Assembly: GCA_013416795.1 (NCBI GenBank)
Contig: RQSC01000018.1
Coordinates: forward strand, 21,002 to 85,001
DNA length: 64,000 bases
DNA from: Prasinococcaceae sp. CCMP 1430
Lineage: Eukaryota; Plantae; Prasinodermophyta
Direction: 5' to 3'
Every line of letters begins with the position of its first letter. Position 1 is the first letter of the stretch. The translations under genes were made by a program, and so were the position numbers. Positions 25,126 to 36,574 of this stretch are shown here, piece after piece. The notes beneath the pieces were generated by a model. The model ran no database searches, was not told where the DNA came from, and was given only the letters and a program-made list of their open reading frames with translations.

Positions 25126-25411
25126 CAACGCGCGGTGCCGACGTGCCGTCGAATAGAACGACGGATTCAAATCATGGTGAAAATGAGTCGGGAGAGACTG
25201 GGCTCCGTTCCCCCGGGCGCGTTGCTGGCGGTGGACACGCGCGTGCATGCAGCGGAGGGCGCGTGGGGTGGGTGGGTGGATAGGTGGGTGGGTGGGTCGA
25301 ACGTCCGTGCGGAGAGCGCGCGCGTGCCACACGTCGCGCCCTGCGGACGCACGCGGCGGGTTGGGGCGCGGCGTGGCCGGCGGGCGGCGGGCACCGCGCC
25401 GCGGGGGCGCC

Positions 25412-27396
25412 ATGGCGGCAGGCGCGGCGCTCGCGCGGCTGTGCGGGTGCGCGCTCGGCCTCGGCGGAGGCGAGCCCAGTGAGCAAGCGTATTCGGCTGA
25501 CGACAGCGGTGCAAACGGCGGTCTCGACGCCGTCGGCCATGGCGATACCGGGGATGTCTGTGTCTATATCACCATGCTCGAGCTCATGTCGTCGGGAGGC
25601 AACGGCGGACAGCGCGACAGCTTGCGCTCGCAGGTGGTGCTCCGCGCACGCCATCGTCGTGGAGTTCCTGCAACCGTGTGCGACGGCGTCAGGCGATGCG
25701 ATCCTGAGAGCGAGACAGGTGCACTCGCTGCAGGCCCTGGCGAGCTGGATGCGCGTGGAACGTTCGACGCGAGCACAAAGCGCATGCACAAATCGCACCC
25801 GGCGCCCACCTTCAGGCTACCGGCTGCGACCAGGCCAGCCTCCATGCTCTTGCTTGAGGTGAGTCACGCTCGGGCGCACAGCGTGGGCGCTCGAGCCGCA
25901 AGCGCGAGCGTGAGCGACGCGCAGTAGGGAGCGCACACCCGCGTGCACGACCATGCCCGCGCGAGCCTTGCGCGCGTTGACATTGCCACGCGCTACAGGT
26001 GTACGACGCCGACGCCGACCTCAGCTCCAACGCCGCTGAGCGTCTGCGCCCGGTAGCGACGGGCTCGACGCATTTGCGTGAGCTCCTAGAGAAGGGAGCC
26101 AGGCGCACAGTCGAGATCGTGCTGCACGCCTGCCCAGAGGAGAAAGGCCGTGGCAGTGGTGCGGCCACGCGCAACAGCAACACGGGGCGCGTGATTGGCA
26201 CGGCGACACTGCGGCTTCCGTCGCCAGCAGTGAGCCGAGGGAAGGGAGGCGCGAAGGCGCCCAAGTCGCTGGGCACGCCGCGGAGCAAGCCACTCACATT
26301 CGAAGACGTTGTGGCCGCGCTCGCGCGCGAACGTGCGGAAGAGGCTCAGAGGAGGGAACGCCAAGGATTGCCGCCACACAACGAGGACAGCGACTCCGGG
26401 TCGCACTCGATGCCGAACTCGTACGTTGCTAAGCGCAGCGAGCCTCGTGAGGACGCGACGCATGAAAATGCAGAGCTCGCAGAAGACGAGGACTGGGCTG
26501 TGGCCGAGGCGCGTCGCCGTGCTCTTGCCGTGGAGCGTCGCCATTCGGCATCGGAGCTAAGCGCAGCGGCACCTGCAAACATGCGCTTGGCCGTGCAGCG
26601 GCGTGGGCGCGGGTTGGACGCGTCCACCGGCAAACCCTTGCGCATCAGTGTTGAGCGCAAGATTAGTCCTCGCGAGAGCTGGGACCATGAGAAGGACGGT
26701 CGCGGACGCTTGAGTCGGCCGTCTATTGACTCGCAGACAGGACGGCGGCGCAGCGCGGACCAGGAGGCGCAGGTCCGCCAACGGGTGAGCCGCGACGCCA
26801 AACTGAAGGAAGACTGGAGCGTCAAGATGCCCAAGCGGCTGGCAGCAATGCAGGGGGTGAGTCCCAACTCGCGGAAAGGCACAGTTTGCTCTCCTGGCTC
26901 CCTTGTGCGCCTGGATCCCTTTGCCGAGCGCGACCAGTTCTCCGAGGGTGGCACGGGCAACGATGTCTCTACCATCGGCACCGAGCGAGTCACCATGCGT
27001 CGCTCGAGCTTTGAAGCGCGTTCGAGCGTCGAGGAGGGGCTCCGCGGCGGCGGTGGCGAGCGCCGTCTGAGCCGCGCCTCGCACGAGTCCGCTGCGAGTG
27101 ACAGCCGCCGACTGAGCCGCACTGACGCCCATGAGGTCGCCCTGGCGACCGCCATGTTCGACTCGCGCCGTGGCAGCCTGCCCGGTGTGCCGCTGCCGCA
27201 GCAAGCGGCCATTCGCCGCGCGTCCGTGTCGGGCGTGCCAATCAGCGCAGGGCTGTGGGGAGAGCGCCCGTCTGTGGACAGCTGGCAGCGCCCGACGTGG
27301 CTGAAGCCGCGTCGAGCGAGTGCGCCCGACGCCAGCGCGGCGGCGCGGGCGGCCGCTCTCGTGGAAACACATCACAGGCGGAACGGCCTCGCGTAG
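25412..27396 (+). CDS. Hypothetical protein: C2-like N-terminal domain plus disordered RRxS-rich tail
   Basis: Intron 25859-25998 (GAG|GTGAGT..ACAG) gives LLLE|VYDAD...ATGSTHLRELL...GRVIGTATLRL, resembling C2 strands. Eight RRxS motifs downstream. Confidence 0.6.
27033..27120 (+). repeat. 88-bp dispersed repeat, copy 1 (copy 2 at 30587-30674)
   Basis: 87/88 identical by direct comparison. Confidence 0.95.
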
Positions 27397-28014
27397 CCGG
27401 CACTCACGCTCGTCAGGACCACCGCGCATGTTAGGGTTAAGTATATAGGGTAAACCCTCTTCATCCCGCCTGGTACTGTACACGGCTACTTTTTTTGACA
27501 CGTCGGCTGCTTGCGTTTCTTCCCCCGACCAAGGGCCCAGCCAGTGCTACACCGCGTCGCCTCTGAGGTAGAGTGGTAGTGCGAGTACCCACCCCCCGCC
27601 AGCCGTGCCTGTCGCCCGACGCTCGAACGTTGCTTGGGTGTGGCCCCCGCGCACGCGCACGCACGCGTGCGCGCGCGCGCCGTGGCTTTTCCCCGCAGAA
27701 GGGCCGCCGTGGGGACGCCCCTTTCGCGGCGTGCGCGGCGCGGTGTCCCTCGGGGAACCGCGGCATCCGCGTACGCACACCCTTCGCATTCGTATGTACG
27801 ATCGCAGTTTCGGATGCCCGCATGCGACTCCGCGAGAGCGGAATCCCTCCGGAATCCGCGGCGGGCAGCGCGGGGCAGGGGGCGACACGGCACCCAGCCA
27901 GTGCGCGCGCGGGCGGAGTCCGCGCCAGGTGCTGCCGACGGCGCTCGGGCGAGGGCCGGGGCCACAGGGTGCGCCCGGCGCGGCCCAGGTGGCGCGCGCG
28001 CGCTGCCGGGGTCG

Positions 28015-30624
28015 ATGGCGCGCCGGCGCGTGCGCCTGTCGGCGTGTGCGCTACTCGCCGCCTGTACAGCCGTGGCCGCGGACGCCCGAGCGCGGGCGAG
28101 CGCCGGTGGCGACGCGCGCCGCACGCACAAGGAAACCTACGTCCTGAATGACAACGTGCCCGCTGGCGGCAATGTGCGCGCCAGCGGCGGCGCGGTCGAC
28201 ACAGACTCCGCCGCTCTACGGTCAGCCACGCTGGCAGCCAACGGCCTCAGCGAGGTCTCGGTGCGCGACGCCCGCCGACGGCTGCGGGAGGCCGACGATG
28301 AAGCCGCGCGCGCTCCCGCCCCGATACGCATGCAGCCCATCTTCCAACTTGAGGACGACGACGGCGCGAGCGTGCTCTCCGCCGGGGCAGAGAACTGGCT
28401 GAAAAACAACGTGCTCCCCGCGGCATTTGCGACGATACAGCGCATGGCTGACATGCGCGCCCCGACCCCTGAGGGTGCGCAGCGCGCGCGCCTGCGCTTG
28501 CGTCTCGCGCGCGCTGTCGCCCGCGACGCTGACACTCGTGCACTCGCGTGCTCGCTCGCAGGGACCAACCTCACGCTCCCCGTGGAATGCGATCTGCCGT
28601 GGAACTTTCCTTCCGATGAAACTCTGGGCGCGGAAGAAGAGCCGCCCGCGATGTGCGCGACCGTGCGCGACATCAACGCCGCGCCGTACAACACGTGCGG
28701 ACCGGCGACGGTGCCGCCGCACATGTTTGGCCCGGCGACGACGTGCGACTGCTCCACCGCGCTCACGCGCGAGGAGTGCGCGTGTACGACCGCCGACGGC
28801 GGGCCTGGTGTGGGGGGCGCGGATACGTTGATTTTTGTGACTGTTGGCGAAAGCTGCGCCGAGGACACCCTGGCGGTGGCAGGGCACTGCTTTCTTGACC
28901 CTGCAACCCACAGGCCACTCGCGGGGTACATGACGCTGTGCAAGTCGACTCTCGAGGCCCACGTGGCTGAAAATGGCGGCATGGCCGCCGCCAACATGGG
29001 CGCCGCCGCCTGGGGCACGTGGCTGGACACGATCGTGCACGAAGTGCTGCATGTGCTCGTGTACTCAGGCCCGCTTTTCAACGAGTGGCAAGATCTTGCG
29101 ACGGGTGAGCCCTACGGTAGCGCCGCAACCGTGAGCATGCGCTATGACAGCGGCTGGCTCTCGGACGGCGTGGCGCTCGCCACGCCTGCCGTGCGCCGCG
29201 AGGCCGCTGCAATTCTGGGATGTGCAGAAGGCGTGGTGGGCGTGCCGCTTGAGAACCAGGGCGCAAAGGGGACCGCCGAATCGCACTGGGAGATGCGCGC
29301 AGTGGGGCCAGACGAGCTGATGGCGGGCTTCACGCTGCCAACCCGCCAGACGCTCTCGAGGCTCACGCTGGCGACTTTCGAAGACTCAGGGTGGTACATT
29401 CCCCGCTACGAGGCCGCGATGCCGATGGCCGACGAGTGGGGCGCAGGAGAGGGCTGCGGCTTTTTCTGGAGCGACTGCAGAGTGAGCGGCGATGGGACAC
29501 CCTGGCGAGACTACAGCGGCTCCCACTTCTGTGACCCTGAGGCGGCAGACATGCACGCCTGCACCACGGGCTCGACAGCAATCGGCGCCTGCACCGCAAC
29601 GCCGCTGATGGACGGCTGCGCGGTGCGCATGGCATATTCAAACGGGCCCTGTACCGACACCAGCAGTGCTTGGCCGACTGGCGCCTTCTGGGGGCAGATG
29701 TACGGCGATGGCGCCGCGTGTATGGCTGTGGACAAGAGCGAGCAGTGGAAGCGCGTGGGCGGTCCTGTCGGGGACTCGGGCGTGCCAGCCGAAGACGCAA
29801 ACGGTGCCTTCCTATACACGCGCGACCTCGTCGTGGGTGCGGGCTGCTTCGAGGTGCGCTGCTCGGAGGACATGAACTCGGTGAATGTCGTGGTAGGCGG
29901 GCTGTCGCAGGCGTGTCCGGAGGGGCAATACGTGAATCTCACCGATTTGGGTGGGGCCTGGCGCGGCGGGCGCATTGGGCCGTGCCCTCCGCCGAACGCT
30001 ATCTGCGAGCGCATGGCTTGCGGCGGCGGCGAGGGCGACAATGCATGCGGCGCCGCCTCCAACGCCGGCCATTGCGGCCATGAGGGAAAGTGCGCATGCT
30101 TCCTTGGGCACGCTGGCGACACATGTGCGCGCGCGGTATGCCTCCGCACGCCCTACGACGGTGCGCCTGACGGGTTTGGCAACGGCGGCTGTGGGACGGC
30201 ATCGGACGTGTGTTCGCCCCTGAGCGGGGAGTGCATGTCTGCCGCCGAATTTGCCGCGGAGCAGGCCACGCGGGCGGAAGGCGGTGACGTCTCCGACGGC
30301 TTGTCACCTGGCGCGAGCGGGGCCAACGTCGATGTCGACCTTGGACCAGCGACGGACGCGGACGTACCAGCCAGTGATGACGGCGCCAACGCTGGCGACG
30401 GGGGGGATTCCGATGTGCAGGACCCTGTGTACATCGACGATGGGGCAGCTGCCACAGACGGCGACGGAGGTGTCATTGGACAGCTGGGCCTGTTTGGACT
30501 GCCACCATTGGCGATTTTGGCCGCGATTCTGGCCATCGCCATCAGGAGCGAGCACGCTCCCTGGAGCAAACACGCTTCCACACCGCGGAGGGGCTCCGCG
30601 GTGGCGGTGGCGAGCGCCGTCTGA
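28015..30624 (+). CDS. Peptidase M8 (leishmanolysin/invadolysin-like) metalloprotease with EGF-like Cys domain and C-terminal TM helix
   Basis: Signal peptide MARRRVRLSACALLAACTAVAA; zinc motif HEVLH; ESHWE; Met-turn ELMAG; LSRLTLATFEDSGWY; WGAGEGC; EGF-like GKCACFLGHAGDTC; TM LPPLAILAAILAIAI. Probable in-frame intron 28475-28561. Confidence 0.9.
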   Translation: MARRRVRLSACALLAACTAVAADARARASAGGDARRTHKETYVLNDNVPAGGNVRASGGAVDTDSAALRSATLAANGLSEVSVRDARRRLREADDEAARAPAPIRMQPIFQLEDDDGASVLSAGAENWLKNNVLPAAFATIQRMADMRAPTPEGAQRARLRLRLARAVARDADTRALACSLAGTNLTLPVECDLPWNFPSDETLGAEEEPPAMCATVRDINAAPYNTCGPATVPPHMFGPATTCDCSTALTREECACTTADGGPGVGGADTLIFVTVGESCAEDTLAVAGHCFLDPATHRPLAGYMTLCKSTLEAHVAENGGMAAANMGAAAWGTWLDTIVHEVLHVLVYSGPLFNEWQDLATGEPYGSAATVSMRYDSGWLSDGVALATPAVRREAAAILGCAEGVVGVPLENQGAKGTAESHWEMRAVGPDELMAGFTLPTRQTLSRLTLATFEDSGWYIPRYEAAMPMADEWGAGEGCGFFWSDCRVSGDGTPWRDYSGSHFCDPEAADMHACTTGSTAIGACTATPLMDGCAVRMAYSNGPCTDTSSAWPTGAFWGQMYGDGAACMAVDKSEQWKRVGGPVGDSGVPAEDANGAFLYTRDLVVGAGCFEVRCSEDMNSVNVVVGGLSQACPEGQYVNLTDLGGAWRGGRIGPCPPPNAICERMACGGGEGDNACGAASNAGHCGHEGKCACFLGHAGDTCARAVCLRTPYDGAPDGFGNGGCGTASDVCSPLSGECMSAAEFAAEQATRAEGGDVSDGLSPGASGANVDVDLGPATDADVPASDDGANAGDGGDSDVQDPVYIDDGAAATDGDGGVIGQLGLFGLPPLAILAAILAIAIRSEHAPWSKHASTPRRGSAVAVASAV

Positions 30625-30674
30625 GCCGCGCCTCGCACGAGTCCGCTGCGAGTGACAGCCGCCGACTGAGCCGC
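30587..30674 (+). repeat. 88-bp dispersed repeat, copy 2, overlapping the protease stop codon
   Basis: Matches 27033-27120 with one mismatch and is followed by a short CCGACTGAG re-duplication. Confidence 0.95.
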
Positions 30675-30942
30675 CGACTGAGACACCACCCGCGGCGACC
30701 GGCACGGGCGCGCTCGAGGATGGCCCGCCGGGGAGCGCCCGTGCCTCGCCAAGGCTGCGCGGCCTCGGCTTCGATTTTGATGAAGGCCTTCCAGGCTCAG
30801 TCGCCACTCCCAAGAGCGCGGTCCCGACGGCGGCCTGACACTTTGACAGCCACACCTTGCCGTCGGTGGCCAACGAAGGCGAATGAGCGGCAAGCTGTGC
30901 TCGCAGAGCGTGCCGCCGTGTTGTAAAGATACATGTTGTACA

Positions 30943-32380
30943 TCAAGACTTCGTGAGCCCCGCGGCGTTGGCCCTCCTATCGGAAGTGAGCCTGCGCCAG
31001 CTGGAGCGCAGCCAGTCCGCACCATCATCGAGCTTATTGGCAGCATGCTTGTGCGGGTCTACTCCTCCGGCGGTGAGCCACGCCTCGACGGTGCCGCGTG
31101 CGGCCTCGGCACCACCAGCCTGAAATGCACGCGCGAAGGCCGGGCCAAACACACCGAGGTGTGCGTGCGGGGAGGGGCATGGCGTCAGTGCCAGCACGTG
31201 CACGCAAGCGGGGTGGGCCTGCTCGCGCGAGGAAGGCGCAGGAACGAGAGATGCAAACAGTCGCGTACCTCCTCCTCGAGCTCCTTGTCCGCGGCCGCCT
31301 CGAGCTGCGCGACATCTTGCATTTGCTCGCGCAGCTCGCGGCGCGGCACTGGCCACGGAGCGGTGCACTCGCGCTCGAGTGCGCGTAGCGCCTCGAAGAC
31401 CCCCGTGAGGGGGCGCGCGCGGGCACCCTCTACGTCGCGGGCGCCGTGTCCATGGAAGCTCAAGCTGCCGTCGCCGGCCCCGTCGCGATCATTCTTCCAG
31501 ACGGGCTCGCTGGCGACGGTGCGCGCGCTGTTGCTCGCCACAGCGCCCTCTGCCCATACCAGCTGCTCGCAGCGCGGCGAGTAGCGCACACGCCCGTATC
31601 GGCGCTCCTCGTCCGAACCGCGCTCGTACAGCTCGCCCGGGCGGTGCAGCAAGTCGAGCAGCATCCCTCCCGCACGTGGCCCCGCGCCCGGCAAGCACAC
31701 GTTCCAGGCGTGCGGGCCGTCGAGACCGTCCTCGCCCTCGTAGCGCCCTCGCGCGAGGCCCGCGCGCACGCTCATGCCTAGCGGTAGCGCGTCGGCCACC
31801 GCCTTGAAGAGCAGCGCTCGGTGGCGGCACACGCCCTTGCGCACCATGCCGATTGGCACGACGTTGTTGCCGCCGCCTGGCCGCGCGCGCAGGTCGGCGA
31901 GCTCGACCTGCACGCGCGGGAGGGAAGCGCGCGCACGTTAGCGCCCTCGCCAGCGCCCTCGCGGGACAGCGCTCGCGCACGCACCGTCATTGCTGCGTAG
32001 AGGTCGCCGGTGGCAGGTCCGCCCATGCGCGCTGCGACGAGCGCTGCAAGCGCCATGCAGCGTTCGCGCTCCGTCTCGAGCGGAAGAAGCGCGTCGAAGA
32101 CCTCCGCCTCGAAGGCCACGAGATGCGGATCGCACGAGCGGTCGACGAGGAGCACCTCCCGCGCGCGGCCATCCCAACGCTGCGAGAGCAGCACGCGAAG
32201 CGCGGGAAGGGCGAGCGCGTCGGCTTGGTCGCCCTGACTTCCCCCGAGGCCGCCCTGCCTCCCAGCGTCGAAGAATCCGTCCTCGACGCGCTGCGAGAAG
32301 GCGAGCCGGTGGAAGGCGTTGTAGGACGCGCTCGCGTCGAGCGCGCGCTGCGCGTCGAGCACCGCGAGCGCAGTCGGCAT
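30943..32380 (-). CDS. Stand-alone EDR1/CTR1/ARMC3-like (transglutaminase-like) domain protein without kinase
   Basis: VEDGFFDAG, REVLLVDRSCDPHL, ALAALVAARMGG, VVPIGMVRKGVCRHRALLFKAVAD, HAWNV, LLDLLHRPGELY. Introns 31908-31984 and 31120-31268. Confidence 0.8.
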
Positions 32381-32450
32381 CGCCGAGAGAGGGATTGGAG
32401 GGGCGGCGCCCGCCCCACAGCCGGGCGTGCACCACCGATCGCGACTGGCT

Positions 32451-32500
32451 CTCTCTCCCTCCCTCTCTCTCTCTCTCCCTCTCTCTCTCCCTCTCTCTCT
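32451..32500. repeat. (CT)n microsatellite
   Basis: Imperfect CT run upstream of the EDR1-domain gene. Confidence 0.85.
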
Positions 32501-33202
32501 CGCGCGCGCTCTGTGTGAGCGCGCGCTTCGAATCCTTCCGTCGGGCGGGCCGGGCGATACCAACATTTTAACATTTTCATCGGCCCATGGCGCCCACCTC
32601 TCGCGCCGTTCCCCCACGAAAACGAAGTGAACGCTCGGCGAAGCGCCCGCGCGCCGCATCGGGCGGCGCGGCGCGGCCGCCATCACAGCGAAGGCGCGCG
32701 GCGGGGCGAGACCCGAACCCTTTCTGAGGATGCAGCGAAACAATTCAAACATATATAGGATGGGATTCGTTGGGGTTTGGGTTCAAGGGAGGTGAGATGA
32801 CATCTCGTAGCCCCCGCTCCACGCGGGCGTCTTTACGGTCGGCGGAGCGTTTTCGTTTTCACCAGCGATGTTGTTGACCGCCGCCGCCGGGCGCTGCGCT
32901 CTCGCGGGCGCGCGCGCGCGGCGCACTGTGCCACACGGCGTGGGGGGAGCGGGCGGCGGGGAGCGCGGAGCGTGGGAGGGTTCGGGGGGTCTTCGCTGAG
33001 ACGGGGCGAGCGTAGCGACCTCGAGAGGAGCCGCGCCACCGCCGCGCCGACGCAGGAGCCGCTGCACCGCGACCCGGGCCGCGGGCGCCTTCCCTAGCCG
33101 CACGCGTTTTTTTCGGGCCGCGGCCGAGTGGGTGGGTGGGGTGGGCGCAGGGGTGGGGTCTCGCTGCGCGGCGTGGCGGACGCGGCGGGCGTGGGCGGCG
33201 AG

Positions 33203-34213
33203 ATGGCGTCGGGCAGCGGCGCGGGTGGAGGCCTGGAGCTTTCGCTCGTCAGCCGCGGCACGGCCGTGCTCGCGGAGTGGAGCGCGGTCGGTGGAAACGC
33301 GCTCGTGGTCGCGAAGAAGATCCTCGAGCGCCTGCCAGAGGGGGATACGCGCGTCAGCTACACGCAGGTGAGGCTCGCGCGAACGCCGGTGCTGGCAGGC
33401 GCTTCGCGTGCCCTTGGTTGCGGTCGCACCGGAATCCGACTCGGTGTTGCCGCGTGCGGTTCTAGCGCCCCCGCGCTTTTTTTCTGCTGACGACGACGGC
33501 GCTTGGTGCGCACGCGGCGCAATGCGGCGCCTCTGCAGGACCGCCATGTGTTCCACGTGCTGCAGAGCGGCGGCCTGACGTACCTGTGCATGTCCACCGA
33601 CGCAGCTGGCCGGCGCTTGCCTTTCGCGTACCTGGACGATGTCCAGGGCCGCTTTGCGGCGCAGTATGGCGGCGCGGCAGCGACCGCGCTCGCGTACGCG
33701 TTCAACGACGAGTTCGCCCGCGTGCTGGCGCAGCAGATGGACCACTTCAACTCGAGCACGAGCGTGGACAACCTCGGGAGAGTGCGCGGCGAGATTGCTG
33801 AGGTGAAGAGCATCATGATTGAGAACATCGAGAAGGTGAGGGCCCGCGCATGCACACGGCGTCGGCGTTGGCGCGGGCGCGCTCGAACGTGTGCGCGTGC
33901 TTTCTCGGGATAGCTAGGGATCGCTCACGCCAAAGAGCTGGCGCCGCGCTGTCTTGCTCGTGCGCTGCCGCTTGATACCCCACGCTCCACGCAGGTGCTC
34001 GATCGCGGTGACAAGATCGAGCTGCTGGTGGACAAGACCGACTCGCTGCAGGGTGAGGCATTCAGATTCAAGGTGAAGAGCAGGAGGCTCAAGCGCGCCA
34101 TGTGGATCCGCAACGTCAAATTGGCGTGCATCGCCGCGCTCATTGTCGGCCTGGTCCTCTACTTCATTCTGGCGGTGGCGTGCGGTGGTCTGAAATTGAA
34201 GGGGTGCAGGTGA
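33203..34213 (+). CDS. VAMP7: VAMP7/VAMP71 longin R-SNARE
   Basis: Longin VSRGTAVLAE, GRRLPFAYL, AYAFNDEFARVL. SNARE VKSIMIENIEK|VLDRGDKIELLVDKT; C-terminal TM. Introns 33368-33538 and 33836-33994. Confidence 0.95.
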
Positions 34214-34615
34214 GTGCTGGCACGGCGGCCAGCGACGGCGGCACGGCGCAGCAGGCGTCCAGCGAGGAGGCGGCCGAGACGCGCCGCAGGGGCGACTGCG
34301 CACGCAAGCGCGCTGCGCGCACGCGGTGGAGAGAGAGGGCGCTGCGGCAACGGTCGCTCTCCTGGGCGCATTCGAGCCGCCCGAGGATGGCGGCCGGACG
34401 CTGCCCGCGCCAGCGAGCGACTGCCGTAAGTTCACACCATGTCTGCCTTGCGCGCCCGTCCGTGCCGCTCCCAGCCCCATGACGTCCCAGAGGGTAGCAC
34501 GAGCGCGTTCAGGAGGCAGGAATTATCCTTTCCGCACTGCGTGCGTACCGTACTGCGGGCAGCACACCACGCGCAAACCGCGCGGCGACACACGGCTTCG
34601 CCTTGCGGGGCAGTG

Positions 34616-36433
34616 ATGTCCGCGCCACCGGCGTCGGCGCCCGCAGCGGCGAGTGCCGACCGCGCGGCGGCAGACGCCGCGTACGACCTCGCGCCGCTCA
34701 AGGCGCCTTCATTGGCGGGCGCGCCGCTCGCGCTCTTCGCGGCGGTTTTCGCCAACCGAGGGCCGCTCGGCCGTGCGCTCGCCGGGCACCTCACCGCCAA
34801 GAATGGCTTCAAGACTCTCGTGTCATCGCCAGCGCCCTCCGAGGCGCCCGCAGGCAAAGGCGAGAACCTGTTGGGCGCGCTCGCCGACGCGCCCGAGCTT
34901 CCCGCGGCCGCGAACGCCGACGAGGTAGGTGGGCGCCTTGGGCTGGGACTCGCGCCGAGCGCCGAGTACCGCGCGGCGTTCGCTGCGGGTACGACCACGC
35001 CGACTGCCGTGGCAGAGCACTGCCTGGCGGCAATCGAGGGCGAGCTCAACGACCGCCTCAACTGCGTGGTGCAGTGCCACCGCGATGATGTGCTCAGGCA
35101 GGCGGCCGCGTCGGACGCGCGGTGGGCAGCGGGTGCGCCCTTGTCCCCTTTGGACGGGGTCCCGATATGCGTGAAAGACGAGGTGGACGTGGCAGGCTAT
35201 GTGACCACAGGTGGCCTCAGGCGGCTAGTCAAGGGCGGCGAGGTCGCTGTGGCCGACACTCCATGCGTGCGCGGCCTTCGGGCAGCTGGGTGTGTTGTCC
35301 TAGGGAAGAGCCATATGACGGAAATGGGCTTGGCTCCGAGCTCGGGTTTCTGCGCCGCGTGGGGGCAGTGCTACAACCCATACGGGTACCCGCGGCGCGA
35401 ACCGGGCGGGAGCTCGAGTGGGTCGGCGGTGGCTGTGGCGGCGGGTTTGTGTCCCATCGCGGTCGGGTGCGATGGCGGTGGCTCCATCCGCATCCCCGCC
35501 GCACGCGTTGGCGTGGTTGGCATCAAGGCCACCTTCGAGTTGGACAGCCTGGCGTGCGCGGACGAACACTGGAATACGTGTGAGAGCATATGCCACGTGG
35601 GCCCCATCGCGTGCTGCGCTGAGGACGCCGCGTTGGCGCTCCACTACATGGCCAATGCGCCGCCGGCGGAAGGCGCGCTGCCCGCACCGCCCCCGGACCT
35701 GCAGCTGCCCGATGTTAGTTCCCTGCGCGTAGGTGTATTTTGGCCCTGGTTCGAGGACGCCGACAAAGACGTCGCGGCCGTGTGCCGGGCATCGCTCGCA
35801 TCGCTCGAGGAACGCGGCGCAGACCTGGTGCCCATCATCATTCACGGTCTGGGCGATGCAGCCAAGGCGCACGCTGCCATTATCTTGGGCGAGGGCTACG
35901 ATGGCAAGGTGGCGACGTACGGCGAGGCTGAGTGGCGGCGGATGATCGCCTTCGAGTTGGGCACAGACACAAAGCTGAAGCAGTTGGTCAACGAACGCAT
36001 GCGGGATCTCAAGGCACCACAGTCGCTCGGCGGTGCGACGCTTTACGAGACGGCCCAGCGATACCGCCGGCGCATCACTAACGAACTGGCGCGCGTGCTC
36101 GAGGACGTGGACATCATTGCAACACCAGCCCTGCCGCAGCCGCCGACGGCTGTGCCAGGCGGCAGCGGACGCACCAACAAGCTGGACGCCGTGGCCGATG
36201 GGCAGACCATGAAGTATATGACGCCTGCAAATCTGTCGGGCCACCCAGCTGTGTCAGTGCCTGCGGGCTACGTGGACCGCGGAAAGGGCAAGGCGTCCGC
36301 GCGGCTCCCAGTGAACCTGCAGCTCATCGGCAGGCCGCGGTCGGAGCGCATGCTGCTACAGCTCACCAAGTTGTGCGAGGCCACGGCACCCGAGTGGGAA
36401 GCGCCCGCCGTGCTCGCCGACAGGGCCTTCTGA
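34616..36433 (+). CDS. FAAH: Amidase-signature enzyme, plant fatty-acid amide hydrolase (FAAH)-like
   Basis: YDLAPLKAPSLAG N-terminus, LDGVPICVKD (catalytic Lys), PGGSSSGS, GCDGGGSIRIPA, ANLSGHPAVSVP. Confidence 0.85.
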   Translation: MSAPPASAPAAASADRAAADAAYDLAPLKAPSLAGAPLALFAAVFANRGPLGRALAGHLTAKNGFKTLVSSPAPSEAPAGKGENLLGALADAPELPAAANADEVGGRLGLGLAPSAEYRAAFAAGTTTPTAVAEHCLAAIEGELNDRLNCVVQCHRDDVLRQAAASDARWAAGAPLSPLDGVPICVKDEVDVAGYVTTGGLRRLVKGGEVAVADTPCVRGLRAAGCVVLGKSHMTEMGLAPSSGFCAAWGQCYNPYGYPRREPGGSSSGSAVAVAAGLCPIAVGCDGGGSIRIPAARVGVVGIKATFELDSLACADEHWNTCESICHVGPIACCAEDAALALHYMANAPPAEGALPAPPPDLQLPDVSSLRVGVFWPWFEDADKDVAAVCRASLASLEERGADLVPIIIHGLGDAAKAHAAIILGEGYDGKVATYGEAEWRRMIAFELGTDTKLKQLVNERMRDLKAPQSLGGATLYETAQRYRRRITNELARVLEDVDIIATPALPQPPTAVPGGSGRTNKLDAVADGQTMKYMTPANLSGHPAVSVPAGYVDRGKGKASARLPVNLQLIGRPRSERMLLQLTKLCEATAPEWEAPAVLADRAF

Positions 36434-36574
36434 CTGAAGAGTGAGCCCACTTTCTTGGTGCCCGTAGAGTTACGCAGTCGGTGCTGAAAGAATAGTGCTG
36501 TTTTAAGAAAAGAGGTGCACCATCCGGATGGTATGTGCTTAAGCGCTGGCAGTTGGCTCGCAACTTCCTGCTCC

